Assembly: GCA_017499595.2 (NCBI GenBank)
Contig: CM038999.1
Span: 4,154,001 to 4,218,000 of the forward strand
Origin: Psilocybe cubensis
Lineage: Eukaryota
DNA: 64,000 nt
Reading direction: 5' to 3'
Made by a program: the position numbers and the translations under genes. The notes under the pieces were generated by a model, which made no database searches, was not told where the DNA came from, and saw nothing but the letters and a program-made list of their open reading frames with translations. Below, in pieces: positions 1 to 14,180 of this stretch; the stretch's first letter is position 1, and the number at the start of each line of letters is the position of its first letter.

Positions 1-895
1 CCTACCGAGGCCAGTGTCAATACCATGTTTTTCTGACTGACTATTATGACATATTTAATGAACTTCTGAAGAATAAGTGTGTGGTGTACGCACGTCTCCA
101 AATTTTATAAATATACAGTCTAAAAACCTCAGGTCAATGCAAGATTCTTCTTTCATTAGAAATTGAATTGTACCCCCTAATTATGGAGTCGTTTGCTGTC
201 TGAATGATTCCAGAGTACATAAGACTACAGTGATAAATTTTGACAAAACAAGCGTACCCATGAAAAGTATAAAAGCTGTAGCAGAGAGTTTTCATCACTG
301 ATGGAGTCGTACAAAATAGAATATTATACGCACCATGTACACTCTATTCCAGTTAAATGTCAATCTCTCAGGGAAAGAATACTCATGTCAATCTTGATAA
401 AATCGCAAGCTTACCGAGGGAACCCTTCAATGAATAGACTGATAGGACTTGCCAGGCACTTTTCCAGCGTGTTAACAAAGCCAATCCCCGACAAAATGGC
501 GGAAATGCTATTCAGAACCCTGTTGAATTCGTATTTAAGTAATACGACAGAGCATAAATGAAGCAATTGGCCATGTACCAGATAGTTAGAATCTGAGGAA
601 TGCATGTCACATATATTTAACTGATTTGTCCACATTCTTGGATTGGGATACGGTGAACCTACAGAGATGCGAGTAAAAGCATGATCCTTAGCATAATGCC
701 CGAAGTAGGATATGGTTTGGTGGGTTGTTATCCCATACAACCTAGTAAATTCGGTGCAACAGGAATCTTGGATTGAACAATGGTAGAGACTGAATTGATA
801 AATGCTTACAAAACCGATAGGTAGCATCCAACAAAGAGCCCTACGTAGGATTCATGAATCTTCTGAATAACTTCCGATGTTGTATTCTCTGCCAT
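1..895 (-). CDS. DUF6534-like multi-pass membrane protein, copy 1 (multi-exon; 3' part runs off the window)
   Basis: ATG at 895 gives MAENTTSEVIQKIHESYVGLFVGCYLSV; next exon LYGITTHQTISYF...D; exon pattern shared with the other copies. Confidence 0.75.
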
Positions 896-1769
896 TGTTT
901 ACGTCAGAAGATCATATAATTGACGGTCAGATAGAAAGGATTGTATCCTTCAATTATGAGTTCTAGATGTTTAAGAGGAGAAACCTGGAAGGTCTATCGT
1001 CTACCGTTCACTTGGAGACGCAGGTCAGAAATGATGTTTAAAGTTCATCAAAGAACCTTAATACGCTAGAAGCACACCTGCATTTCCGCCGCGACACATA
1101 AAGAACTGATGTATACATCGGTAGCAACTAGGCCCAGTTTTCTGATCAACAAGTGACATGGCTAGAAACATATATTCAAAAGACGTGAGACTGCAGCATG
1201 TATATTTCAGCGGAGATCAAATGATGCACCACATCGCACCACTTTGTCTGATCAACAGATAGCAATGAAAGCTAACTTAGGTCGAAGCATAGAAAAAGCA
1301 ACCGCGCCCTAGCGAGATAGAATAGTTCCAACAGGTGCATGAAGTCAAAAGGGATAGAGCAGTGGTTGATATCTTCGAATTTGGAATAGTACGTAGCCGA
1401 GGCGTTACTAGAATAGGTCACAGATCAACCCCTACATATCGAAGGACTTGGGAGAGCCACGATATATCACAAGAACCGCATATATACACGGTTCTCGCGT
1501 GATTGAGCGGTGATTGAGACTTCCGAAATATGGAGAGGGTGAAATCAGATCATTGGCGGGGTGCAATATACGATTGGACGGTCATGAATCAGGATAAAGT
1601 GAGGATTTGTCGATGGGGGATGCTCATGGTCAGAATAGTACAGTACCATGACAGTGATGTCTAAACTTATGGGTTGATTTGCCAGGTTTCACAGGAAGCT
1701 GTACACAACAAAATCGAGTGACGCACTAATAAACTCCCACAAAGGCCCATGGCTCCAACATTCTGCCTC

Positions 1770-2620
1770 TCACTTCCTCCTCTTCCACCATCATCGAGCT
1801 CTCCAAGCCTTTTGAATGAGGCTCACATCAGCACTTAATCTTAGCATCGCCATTATTACTCTTCCCAGCCGTGTATCCATATGATGTCAAATGCGAAAAG
1901 GTGGTGCGAGGAGGGTCTTGAGTGCAAATTGTTGTTGTATGTGCTGCAATTTATCGAAGAGGGACAGTGGTTGGCGTTTCCAGTCCTTTATCACAGCAAT
2001 AAAGACGGTGTGGGGAGTGAACGCGAACAAACCCGTGCTTTCACAGCTTCGCCCGTCCCTATGCGCCTTGCAATATCATCACCCTAGTTACTCCATTTGA
2101 CACCTATTTCCCAGCACTATATGTAAGCCCACAGTCTACTGGCTCTAGTGCGTTGGCGGTTGCTGTGCCCAAAAAAGGGGGTCGTGTACGTATTGGTATC
2201 TTCAGGCGTGGGTGTCAGCAAAGAATCGCAAAGCGAGGAGTGAACTTGGGCGCGTAGTGGACGACAGAGCGGGAATAAGTGGAAAGGGTGAGCCTATTGG
2301 ATTGCAAGACATTTACCTTGTCTTATTCTCTCATGCATCTCATACCCGTTTACCCAACCATCTGTTGTACCATATTCAACCGGGCCTCTTAGAGGCCATT
2401 CTGTACACATCCCAACACATCCCTTCCCTACAGCCTCAGTCCTGCGCGCTCCACCCCCGTATTCTGGAAAAACTCCTGTCAGTATGAGAGGCCCAAGATG
2501 TATACAGTCACTTTGAACATTGTCCACCGTAGCCTTGTCAAGCTAGGCGAGAAATTCTGAGCGCGTGGTAGCCACAGCACGAACTGTCAGCCAATCATTC
2601 TCATGCCGTGCGGAGCTCTA
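1770..2620 (-). pseudogene. Highly decayed importin-beta relic (weak)
   Basis: 1905-1970 gcgaggagggtc...tgttgttgtatgtgctg...gacagtgg resembles 53761-53821 gcgaggaaggtc...tgttgatgcaggtgatg...gacagtgg. Confidence 0.35.
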
Positions 2621-2829
2621 AAATAAGACCCGATGCCGGCCGACATCGGTCAAAATCAAATGTGGCTACTATTTTCTGTATCTTATTTTTTCTCATCTTT
2701 TCACAAATATTTATACCATATGAGCTCGTCTTAGATGCCTTATGCGCCTTGAAAGATTTAACTCTAGCTACTCTGGATGTTTTGAATGATTATGGATGAT
2801 GGAATGCATGGGATTTAAATTCTGGAAAA

Positions 2830-4832
2830 TCAACAGCTTGAGCGGTTGTCATTTATATCTTCTGTGACCAACGTAGTATCCAGTTGACGCTGCACGAAAA
2901 AAATTAACTTATTACTACTCCAATAGCTACTCAAAGAGCGGGAAAAAACAACCTACCATATAGGTATAATGTTCATGTGTAACTTCATCTTTGTTTGAAT
3001 GGCTCTCAACATCTGGACTGCAGCGCCTTTGAGATTGTCCAGTTGAAACCCCTAGAGCATGCTCTTTATATGTGTGCATCACAGAAGAGGTTCCAGACGA
3101 GGCGGCTTCGAAGTTGGAAATTTGTGAAGGGGAGCTGACCACGTCTTGAGAAATATTATCTCGCTTTCTGTCTCGACGAAGAAGTGAAGCTAGGAGTCCA
3201 ACGGTATATGCTGCGGGAATAAATCCATTGTAGACACATTCCCACAACTGAGTAAGAATTTCATTTCTCAGAGAAAAGTAATAGACTGACTGTAACTAAG
3301 GATGAAATATGAACCCGTAAAGGCGGCTGTATCAGTCATGACTATCTTCTACTCAAAGAAAAATGGTTTTTCATCAGAACTCGTTGAAGAACATGTGGGA
3401 CGCTTACGAGAATCAAAGCCACAGTGGCTACCATGCTTGTAAATAGGCCTGTGGTCAAAGTATTATAGATCAATGTTCTGACAAGAAATGCTGTCCTACA
3501 AGGGCGTTAATAACAATGCACGCAATCAAGATAGGCACAAACTTTGCGATTGGGGTCCGCCTTCTCCAAAGAAGAATGCATAGAGCAGCCGCAATTACCG
3601 AGTCTGCTAGAATTACGGAAATCAGGATGCCGTCAAGTAGTCCCTGAGACCAGTGTAGTGAATAAGCAATATGTATGTGTAATTTGTGTAATTTACATGA
3701 CCTACATTCTTCTCAATGTCTTCAATCCCAGTAGATTTCAATCTTCAAGTAAAATAGACAATCGTGAGTGGGTATCATGTTAACAGAATATTTTCACTTT
3801 CAGGAACTTACAACAGTGAATCTGCGTCTGAATAAATTTACAAAGAGATTTAGAAGTCTTAGGAGCCGTTAATTAGATTTCACATACAGAGAATTGTGAC
3901 CATGGAGGCAATATTAGGTAGGCTCTTATAAATGTACGACCATTACGATCAATCTGGGATAATATTATAGGTATTTAACATACCACGACACAAAACAAGA
4001 GACGGTTTTTGTTGCTGACTACAAAAATTTCCAAGGTGAGTGTCATCACTTTGACGGTAAGTAAATGCATAATTTACGTACGTCTCCAGACCCGATAAGT
4101 GTAGAGTCTTGAGAACGTTTATTAACAAAATTCATTGTAGTTAAACATAATAAACTTACCCTCGGACAATGGGATCAATCAGTGTCTGAAGAATCTCAAC
4201 AAGCAGAATGTATCCATAATTGGATTATTACGCACCCATGTATACAAGGATACCTTTGAATATAATGGCGGTCACAATTATCAATTTAAGATAGTTGATT
4301 ATTGAGTAAATTATGAACGCACAGTGAATTCCCTTCAAAGTGGATGTCACCAACAAGTTTTCCGAAGTCAATTAACACTAACCATGTGAATCTCCTGAGT
4401 AATATAATCAGAGGTCCTTCTAAGGTCGCCTGCTTGACTGTTGTAAAAAAGGCAAGTCCCCCAAATATGGCGCTAAATGTGCTTAAAAACCTGTGATTAA
4501 ATGCTTAATTGGATCGATATATCTCATAAGCAATTAGTACACACCATATAACAAAAATCTAACAGTAAACAATTGGATGAGGTTCCTAAATCATGAAAAA
4601 TGGAAGGACGCATACTAAAATCCGTATAGGCTTGGGATCGTTGGAATAATGCTGATAATAAACCATTGTTTGGTGGGTCATTATCCCATACATCCTGCAC
4701 AAGGTTGATTTTGGCTGGCCATAGAGAACGATGCAAAATCACCCACAAGAGTGCAAGGTAGAAGCCAGCAAATAGTCCATTGTATGATTCCTCGACCTTC
4801 AGTTCAATGTCGGGAAATGAAAGCTCTGCCAT
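2830..4832 (-). CDS. DUF6534-like multi-pass membrane protein, copy 2 (multi-exon)
   Basis: MAELSFPDIELKVEESYNGLFAGFYLAL; YGIMTHQTMVYYQ..DPKPIRILV; LWRRRTPI; TLTTGLFTSMVA; YTVGLLASLLRRD; last exon ...DNRSSC* ends at 2830. Confidence 0.8.
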
Positions 4833-6179
4833 TCGTTAGGAATAAGATGTTATTGCCAGATAGAGCACCTGCATTTATACTCGATGACAAGGTTAACTAT
4901 AGAACATCAGTGATTCTACAACTCTGAATGGAGGCGTGGTAGTCATCACATTTGGATGGCAATGTATAGTATGTTTCACAGCAATGGAGTGTCTGATAGC
5001 GGTGCTGCTCAATTTGACCATAGTCCGCAAGAAGAATATACACAAGTCAAGACACCATATAGAGATATTCAAAAAATTACTTCTAAGTAAACTAAGATGG
5101 TTTACCTAAGGGGTGGTGTCCGTTCTCGAGGTAGTATTGATTAGAACAAAGGTCGAGGGAAGAATAAATATAACCGCGAGAATCATTTGTTCGACAAAAT
5201 GGAGCTCCGAAGACAAAAATATATCGAGTCAATGAAAACGCTCGAGTATCTCTAGATAGCATAAATACACTCCGAGTCAATGAAGCATCTTCAGCCTGAA
5301 AACCAACTGTCAAAAGCTTCAACCACACCCAGAGTTTTGATAGTTTTCCATTTATCGCTTGCAAAACGTATATAGTCCACATGTTCTACGTCCAGTTCCA
5401 TAGCGGTCAGAGTGATCATCATGGGTTTCCTACACCACTTTGATTTCAACCATATTCTGAGAAAAGCATCCATGATCAATTATCAAACATACCATAAACG
5501 GGGATACAGGCGTGGTTGTTCTGTGACATCTCAGAACGCAGAGTGGTGCTTTTGCGTTTGTCAAACTGAAATATTCAGATTGCCGCCATTGGCTCAAAAG
5601 AAGCATCCTCTGGGACGGTGATGAACTCCCCTGTAGCTACTCATTACAAAAATTTATTGATGGAAAGATGCCCTTGTATACACTGCAGGTAGGTCTGGAT
5701 GTTCAAATAAGTGAAGCGTTAAATCAGATTTTTCCGTTATATATATACAACTTCTCACCGGCACCGGTAATAAGAACTAGGAATGAGCCAGAATCATTCA
5801 GAAAATGCTATGAAGAGCAATTCAAAAGCATCAGGTTAGCAGGTATTAGAAGATTTCGACTGGAATTTCGATCAGACTCAACCACAGAGTGGTAAAACGT
5901 ACTTTGCGTTCCACGTTCCCGACGACTATGGGAAAGTCAGTTCTAATGATACATCACGGGAGTGAGATTGTTTTCATGATCAGAAAGTGCTCATGCCCTG
6001 GAATGGTGTGATTACCTAGTATTACATTCACCAACGCGCAAACACAAGGGGATACAACACAGCCTTCGAAATGACGCCTGGGACATAAACAGCTCACATA
6101 TCAACGCCACTCCACCGCTACTCATTTGATAGCAAAGTTAATTACATGCCGATTCATTGAGCAAATATCCATCAAATGA

Positions 6180-6700
6180 ATCAAAGAACATCTCTCTCTC
6201 TTGCCTTCCTCGTCACTTTCGTATGCATCACTGGTGGGAAGAACTGCTGGGTGGATATCGTATTGTATGTTAATAAACCTGTGTCCGGTCTCCGCGTGGG
6301 ATCACCTTGGCAAGGGAAAATGGGATAGCGTGCTACGCTCAACGCCCTTGCAGAAATTTATAATTGCTAACGGGGAATGTGGGTGCGCGCACTACTTACT
6401 ACAAGTAGCTAAAAAATGTCAAGGTAGATCACTGGAATAATGAATTAGTCGAAGAAGGTACATTCACACCCCGTCATAGTTCCTGACCCATCGATCCCGA
6501 TTACCTATATCTCACACATCATCACTCGCACCCTCAGATCCTATCTTCATTATTGTCTTCAAGCCAGTTCCAAAGACACGTACAACTTCAACCCATTTGA
6601 TCAAATTGCAGATTGAGTTAAGACGGAGAGGTGGAGTGCGGATTGCTGTCGTGCAAGGTATTATTGTCGTCTCTAAGTCCCGGTTTTGCAATAGTACTTT
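6180..6700 (-). pseudogene. Decayed importin-beta relic
   Basis: ~6200-6230 encodes DAYESDEEG (cf. NTYDSDEDG, importin C-terminus). 6512-6640 encodes LRLNSI...KWVEVVRV...DD then gtgtgag (cf. LRLSAL...GWTEVIVRA...ED then gtgag at the equivalent intron position). Confidence 0.55.
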
Positions 6701-6823
6701 CACGCAATAAGTATTCGCAAGGATGTCAGGCTACCCCATGATATTGCAGATGTGCAAGAAGAATGTCGACCGTCGGAGAGAGGGATGTAAGTTACATGGG
6801 TGTGTGAGCTATCGCTGCTAGCT

Positions 6824-6859
6824 GTTCACACGGTGTTCGTGTCTGAACACCGTGTGAAC
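6824..6859. repeat. Perfect hairpin, 15-bp stem and 6-nt loop
   Basis: gttcacacggtgttc-gtgtct-gaacaccgtgtgaac. Confidence 0.9.
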
Positions 6860-6999
6860 GTGGAACACTTCGTCATGTGACCATTACAAATGTCAAACTC
6901 CCACAGTGACCCGTTCCAACTTTCGCCATTGCCACTGCACATCCCGTCATCCCCTACCGTTCTACTCTCCACTGCACCTATAATCTTTTCCTTTCCATA

Positions 7000-7390
7000 A
7001 TCAAACCATGTTGATGGGGCAGTACCGAGCTAATAACATGACAAGGTGGTGGTGGGCCACTTGGAAAATTACGCGTTCTGTATTCTAATGCCCACAAAGT
7101 TTTCCAGCAGAACATGCTACACAGTTCACAGCGGCATGCGGGAACGCAATAAGTGGGATTGTCAAGGATACCACCTTGACATAGTACAGATACATGTACT
7201 GACTGACGCAATGGGTTGGCAGGTTGAGGATGTCGGCCACGGGGAGCGCGCCGCTGAAAACGACAATAAAGAGGGCGAGATTTGCAAGAAGGATAGCGAG
7301 TTTGAGAGTGAGTGCTATTCCATGATAACAGGGTATGTCTCTTTTCAAACCACCTTTCTCTGTACACGACAAAGGGCAGCTATGTAGCTG
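7000..7390 (+). pseudogene. Possible relic of a tyrosine-recombinase (Crypton-like) element
   Basis: Broken frames EHATQFTAACGNAISGIVKDTTLT* and ...KKDSEFES...RAAM recall the N-terminus of Agaricomycete DNA breaking-rejoining proteins; from memory only, no catalytic residues seen. Confidence 0.25.
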
Positions 7391-8279
7391 CTTGTTTTGC
7401 ACTCTGTCCCCGCCATCCAACCAGCTACGGGCGCACGCTGCTCGTCACTCCCTTTCCCCCGTACTTCCTCGTACATATGAACGGACAACCTATGTCGTTA
7501 TACGTTTTACTCCAGGTTCTCCCTGCACAACAATAAGCAGTTGAATCCGATTGGTCATTTCAATTGACAAACCCTTGCCTCTTTGTTCACAACACCCAAC
7601 CTACATTGTTGCTCGTTTGCCTGATCGCACACTCTCATCTTTCACAACAACAAACAGTCATTTTTTCCCCTGTAAATCCCTTTCCACTCCCCACACGACA
7701 AAGAATAGTTATCTACCTTCTGATCTCACCCACCACTACACTCTTCCATCACCTCAAGCAGCATAACAGCGTATGACTGCTCATTCTACTTTCCGTCCCC
7801 ACCATTGAGTCCCAATACGGATGCCCATATTGTTCGTTGGTCCCGCTCTCCACAATTGATAAGTTAGGGATGCTTCCTTGGTCTGCTGAAACCATGAGGT
7901 ACGACATTGCGATTGTTTGTAGAAGGTGGGGAAATTAATGTTAGATACAATGTCGACGCCTCGATCTCTTTTTTGGAGGCGTATACTTACACTACGGACC
8001 TGTACCCATCTTAAGCGCAGACATGATGACTGATTTGATTATATGGTAAACGCTGAAGCGCTACGCACTTAGTCCTTGACGTATGTCCTTCATTTAGAAG
8101 TCGCATTCGCAGATATGTACGGGCTATCTCTCTGAAGGTGCCTATGGCTCGAGTTCAGTGTTGTTTGTGAATCTCATTGCATTTATCCACTTTTCAATTC
8201 AACGCAAAGACTGGTTTTAACAACACGGAACCACATAGGAGACCATTACAGTTCTCAAGGGATACGGACTGCGGTATGA

Positions 8280-10281
8280 TTAACACATTTCAAGATTGTC
8301 TTGGATGTCTCCTGGGACTATCGCAATATCGTTTTTCCCTGTAACGAGAAATAGGTCTGATCACACCATCTTGGTCTAGATACCACGAGAACAACAGCTT
8401 ACCTCTTCGGAATAATGTTTCTGTAGCGCTTCATCCTCTACTGAATAATTCTCAATATCTGGAATGCAGCACCTTTTGGTTTGTCCATCCGATGACGCAA
8501 GGGTCCTCCTGTTATTTACGTCCGCCAATGAGCAGTTTCCTGACGATATTTCCTCTTTGGAGATTTGTAGAGGGAAGCTAATTGCACCTCCGTTTCCGTC
8601 AACCTTGGACCGTATTATATCTCGATGAGTAAGCGAGGCAAGAAGGCTAATAGGGTACGCTGTAGGAATCGACATAAAATACAGGTGTAACACCAATTAA
8701 TAACCCTTTTGGTCACGGCAATACTAAGGACTGACTGTAAGTAATCACACTGTATGAGGCTAAAAACCGTAATGAATCGGTCATAATCATTTTCTAGCAA
8801 AATTAAACGATGGATGTTTCAGAGATTACTGAAGAATGTCTATACACTTACAAGTATTAGAGTAACAGTGGCTATCATGGTTGTGAAGAGGCCTGTTGCT
8901 AATATATTATAGATTAATGTTCTGATGAGATTGGTAGTCCTATCAATGTGTCAGTTAGGGTGTAGGTTTTCCGGATATGCTACACACCGTGGGATTGAGG
9001 TTCGCCTTCTCCAAAGCAGGGTACACAAAGTGACCGCAATCGCTGAGTCGGATAGAAGTACTAAAGCAAAGGTGGTGTAAATTGCTCTCTTTAAACGGGG
9101 AAAGGACGGGGAATTAAGCGAGTTATAAACTTATGTATACCGTCTTACACTCACCTCCATATCTTGAAAGACCTTCAATTTGCAGCTTAAATAGATTGGA
9201 ACATGGCATGTTTTACATCACATCATATGAATATGTTCGAATAAAGTCACTTACAATCCAACATTCATGTCTGAATAGATTACGCGACACGTTGAGAAAT
9301 TTTTTGAATGAAAAATGTATAATACTTGACTTACAGAACCCTGAAATGATGGCCGCAACATGAGGCAGGCTCTGATGTGAAAATTAGCATTATTGTGATT
9401 GTAGAACAGCTGCATGTTTACACACCACAAAGAAAAGCAAAAACCGGTTTCTGTCGCTGACTATTAATTTCGAAATGTTAATATAATCACTGTGACAGTG
9501 GATAAATGCTTAATGCGACATACGCCTCCAGACCCTATAAATGTACAGTCTGAAGAGTACTTATCAATGGAAATTATGGTAAAAAATTCTGTGAACGGAC
9601 CCTCGGACAGTGATATCAATAAGCGCCTGCAACATTTCAGCACGGGGAGTATATCAACTCTGATTCTTAAGTTGAACCACATACCCATGTAAACACCGCG
9701 GCCTGTTTTAACATTGGTAAACATGGTCAACTTGAAGACTATGTAGAAATCAGTGAAGTCTTAAGCATACCGCAAATTGCCTTTAATAGAATTTCTGTTC
9801 ACCACTCCGTCGAGTGAGTCAAATAAAACTCACACGGGACTTTTAAGAGCAAAATATTCAAAGGACTATCTAAAATAGCCTGCTGGACCGTGACGTAAAA
9901 CGCAACTCCTCCAACTACGACGCCAAATGTGCTTAAAATCCTGTGAATGGACATTCAATTTTATGACAGCATTGCAAACAAAAAATTTATACCAAATGAC
10001 TACAACCTAACATGGACGAGTTGGAATATTTCTCTGAGTTATTAAAGATACTGGAACACTTCCCAGAATATGGATAGCCTTAGGGTCCCTGTGGTCACGC
10101 TGAAAGTAGATTAATGTTTGGTGGGACAATATTCCATACAGCCTAAATGAGGTAACTTTTGATTGGCAAATAAAGGCAGAAACAAAACCACCTACAAAAT
10201 TGCAATGTAGAATCCTGCAAAAATTCCATTGAACGATTCCAGAAGCTTCAATTTGCTGTTGGGGGATGCGAGCTCTGTCAT
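8280..10281 (-). CDS. DUF6534-like multi-pass membrane protein, copy 3 (multi-exon)
   Basis: MTELASPNSKLKLLESFNGIFAGFYIAI; LYGILSHQTLIYFQ..DPKAIHIL; YPISLLASLTHRD; GGAISFPLQ; 3' end approximate. Confidence 0.75.
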
Positions 10282-10758
10282 TATTGGTGAGGATCAAAAA
10301 TCAATAGACACATCTTCCTTTATACTCAACAATGGAGTTGACAACAGAGAATCAGTTTATATCATCTTCTGGTATATGGCACGGTAATCATCACGTTTGG
10401 ATGGTGTTTTCTGATCATGGTGCGCTTCACAGTAATGAAGCACTGCAACAGATGTCTAGTGAAGAATAAATATAACTGTGAGAAGCTATTGATTTGGGAA
10501 ATGTTGTTAATGCCTCAGATCAGCTTTCATAAGCTTCAACCTGCTCCCACAGATGATATTGAGATCTGCGTCCCAGTTCGTTATGTACAACTGATGGCTA
10601 CGCAGTAGGTAGACAATATAGACACCAGGTGAACTTACAAATTCCCAGATGGTAATTGGACGGGTGGGAAAAGAAACTCAAAACTCAGAGAGGCCGTGGT
10701 GACAGCTCCATGGTGAATATAGATGGATATCATATTACGAACATGTGAAGGAGGGAGC

Positions 10759-12643
10759 TTACGAAGCTCTCGGTGCAAAATTTATTGAAGACACCTCAGT
10801 ATGTTGCGTTTGCGATTGTCTGACTATAATCTGCAAATCATCAGGTTTAGTTGTTGGCGCAGGTAGGGAAGTATCCGATTCATCGCCTTGTGTTCGGTAA
10901 AACTCTAGAGGAAAGCTGAGAGCGCCTGCGGAATTGGCAGATTGACTTCGTAGCTTCTCACGGCGCTCGAGTGATGCAAGGAGGCCACCAGTGTAGGCTA
11001 CAAATAGAAGCGCATGAGCAGACAGGGACAGGTGGACAGGCACATTAAATACGATTACTTGAATAGTTCAAAGTACTTACTATTGCTGAGAGCTAGAAAT
11101 GGAGCCATAAAGGCTGCAGTATCTTTCATGAATATCTTCTAGAGAAATGGAATGCCGTGTGCCCTCTGTGGTTGTCAAAAATGTGTAAAGTCACTCACCA
11201 GCATCACGGTCCCAGCAGCAATCACGGTTGTAAAGAGCCCTGTCGTTATAGTGTAGAATATTAATGTTTTAATTAGAGAGGACGATCTGGGGGCATGTCA
11301 AGCAGAGCTTAATCTGATCATGTTGGCACACACCGTGGGATTTGGGACCTCTCTCTCCATAAGAGGAAACACAGGGACCCCGCAATAACCAAGTCAGCTA
11401 GAAAAACTGAAAGAAGGATGGCGTAAACCGGAGTCTATGATAAGAGTGAATGATTAACCAAATAATCTTATTTATGGATAATATTTTCTCACATTCATCG
11501 CGGCATCTTGCAGAATGGTGTGTAGACTACTGCAGGAAATGATTAACGGCGAAAATATGTGCAGTTAATGTTATTGATTGCACTTATACTTACAATTCGG
11601 TGATGACATCTGAAAGTATTGAATTTAAACATCAGTAAGACGAACAATTTTTTCAGAAATGTCACAAACAGAGGGTTGCAGCAGGGGCAGCGAGACTTGG
11701 CACAACCTGATACACAAATGTCAGTATGACGGTGTAACGTTGTCCGAGCCCCAAATGCTAGCCTACAGTTATACAAGTCAATAAATAGTTTTTATCACTG
11801 ACTATTAACATGTTAATAATCCGTCAAGCAATGGAAGTATCAAACGACATCATACGCCTCCATATTCGATAAATGTATAGTCTGCAGCGTATAGCAATCC
11901 ACAGGTGTTTAAATAATGATCGAGATTGTACGTACCCCCTGACAATGGTGTCATTTATCGGCTGAACCATTTAAGACAAATGATTTGACATTTCAAGGTT
12001 GAAGCATACCAATGTATAGACTGCGGCCTGCGTTTAGAACGCAAAATTTTTACATGAGCTGAGGTTAAAATCAGTTTCTGGAACCACGCACAGTAAATTC
12101 CCTGTTCAGACACCATTATCAACTACCAAGAAAGAACGAGAGTGCACAATAAAACTTTCCAGAAATACTTATCCAAAAACAGACTCAGAGGACCTTCCAT
12201 TATAGATCTCTGCATAATTTTATAAAACCCGATTCCTCCAAAAACGACGGTAGCTGTACTCAAGATCCTGTTGACGAAAAGGCTTAGTACATCTGTATCT
12301 CATTCGTAAACCATAAAGAGGCTATGCCATGCATACCACATCACGATGATCTAACGTGTAAATGCGAGTTGAGGTATTCGTAAGCTGGACTTCAACAAGT
12401 GGCGGAACACGAACCAGATTACGAATAGTTCTTGGATCTTTGGCACCCTGTTGAAAGTATGTCAATGTCTGATACGATGTTATTCCGTATAGCCTGGAAT
12501 TTTTGTTGTCAGAATATGGCTGTCGATAAAATCTGAGATGAGAATCATATAACTGACAATAATGTGAGGTAGCATCCAGCGTATATTCCATTATACGATT
12601 GGAGAACCTTCAAAAGAAGATTAGTGTCGAGAATGTCTGCCAT
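10759..12643 (-). CDS. DUF6534-like multi-pass membrane protein, copy 4 (multi-exon)
   Basis: MADILDTNLLLKVLQSYNGIYAGCYLTL; LYGITSYQTLTYFQQGAKDPRTIRNLV; YTGGLLASLERREKLR; 3' end approximate. Confidence 0.8.
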
Positions 12644-13212
12644 AGCTATCAATGACAATAAGGGGGATATACAGGTACTCACATAGACCACCATGTTTTA
12701 TATTACAGATTTTATATGAAACTAGAAATAATCGATGCTTGCATGAGAAGAGTTGAGCTGGAATGTTGACCATACTCGACCGAAGAATGACACAAACACA
12801 TGATGAATGTCTGAACTATCTACGTTTTCCAGTATTTCAAATTTGCATGACCTTGACCGCCTCAGAATCAGGGAAACCTAGTAACACAGAGTAATTTATA
12901 TCACAGGATTGCCGTGAAGACCAGTCAAATGAAAATAGAATAGGGAAAGTCAATAAATATAATACATCCCATGTAAACCAACTCTGATATGAAAAGTTGC
13001 GAACGTACGAGTATAAACGGCTAATTAACGATAATCAACAATCAGTAGATATAGAACACAACATAGTAGAGGAAAAAGAACGCCTGTTCACGTCTCTACC
13101 GCAACCACACCACATCACATCTGTCTGCACAAATCCCAGCCCCCTCAACGCCGCAGATACACAGATGTTCATCAACCAAATGATGATCGCAGAGAACCAA
13201 AAACAAAGACTC

Positions 13213-14180
13213 TCATTCCTCCTCCTCACCGTCCTCATCACTATCATACGTGTTGAACCCTAAATCCCTCATACCCGCAACAGCCACAAGCAGCGGATGG
13301 TTCGGGTCAAAGCACATCAACATCTTGCCCACATCCTCCAGCGCGAAATCTTCAATTTCCTCCACGAGGGCCATCTCATCGCGGTCGTATTCTCCCATGC
13401 CCATGCTCATGCTCATGGGTCCGCCAGTGCCGTTAACACGCGCGGCGCGTACTTTGCGTCTGTCGGCAATGGCGTGTAGCTGTCGTTTCGTCGCCTCCAT
13501 CACCGCGCCGTGGAACTGCTGCGAGAGCGCCTCGGGTCCCCCGATCACGCGTAGGGATTCGGTAAAGTATTTGTAGAGCGAGGCGAGGAAGGTCGCGTCA
13601 TGTTCGGTGTTGATGCAGGTGATAAGCTGATGGAAGGCTACCATCTGATTCGTGAGGGTACCGCTCTGCTTGCCACACGCAAGAAGCATCGGGACAAGCC
13701 TGTATGAGGTGAAGGAGGAGAGTGAGAAAGGTAAAATAACTATAGGTGAAGCGAAACTCACATCACACACGCCTCACGAACCCCTTCATGGAAGTAAAAC
13801 CTCAAACACGGAAGCATCACCTCGAGTGTGGGACCCAAAAACGGGGCGAAACGAGGACCCAATGTCGAGCAATATATCACAAGCGTCTCGAATGCCTGAC
13901 CCTTTTCATCCATCCCGGACGTACGGACGCCGTACGTGTGCCCGTCCATCACGATGGTCTCCCACCCGTCACGTTCGTCACTGCATTCAACCTCTTCGTC
14001 TACATTGAGATGTCAGGTTAACAGAATATACATGGGAAAGGGAAAGGACGACGCACTGTACTGCGATAAATCTGCTTTTGCGCCAGCCGTCGCAAGCAGG
14101 GAGGGCATCACGAGAGGTAGGTACGGCTCAAACTCTGGACCTAGAGCCTGTCACATTGCTTAGCCCACGTCGTGATCAAG
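13213..14180 (-). pseudogene. Recent partial duplicate of the last exons of the importin-beta gene
   Basis: Near-identical to 53394-54360 including introns; QMVAFHQ vs QMVATVFHQ (6-bp deletion); high similarity stops abruptly near 14180; no matching 5' exons. Confidence 0.9.

Noticed and set aside
5225-5284. Repeated cgagtcaatgaa 12-mer
   Set aside because: Local two-copy micro-duplication with no further structure
13213-13770. 185-aa ORF as a second functional importin
   Set aside because: Its start lies in intron-derived sequence and the upstream exons are missing or decayed
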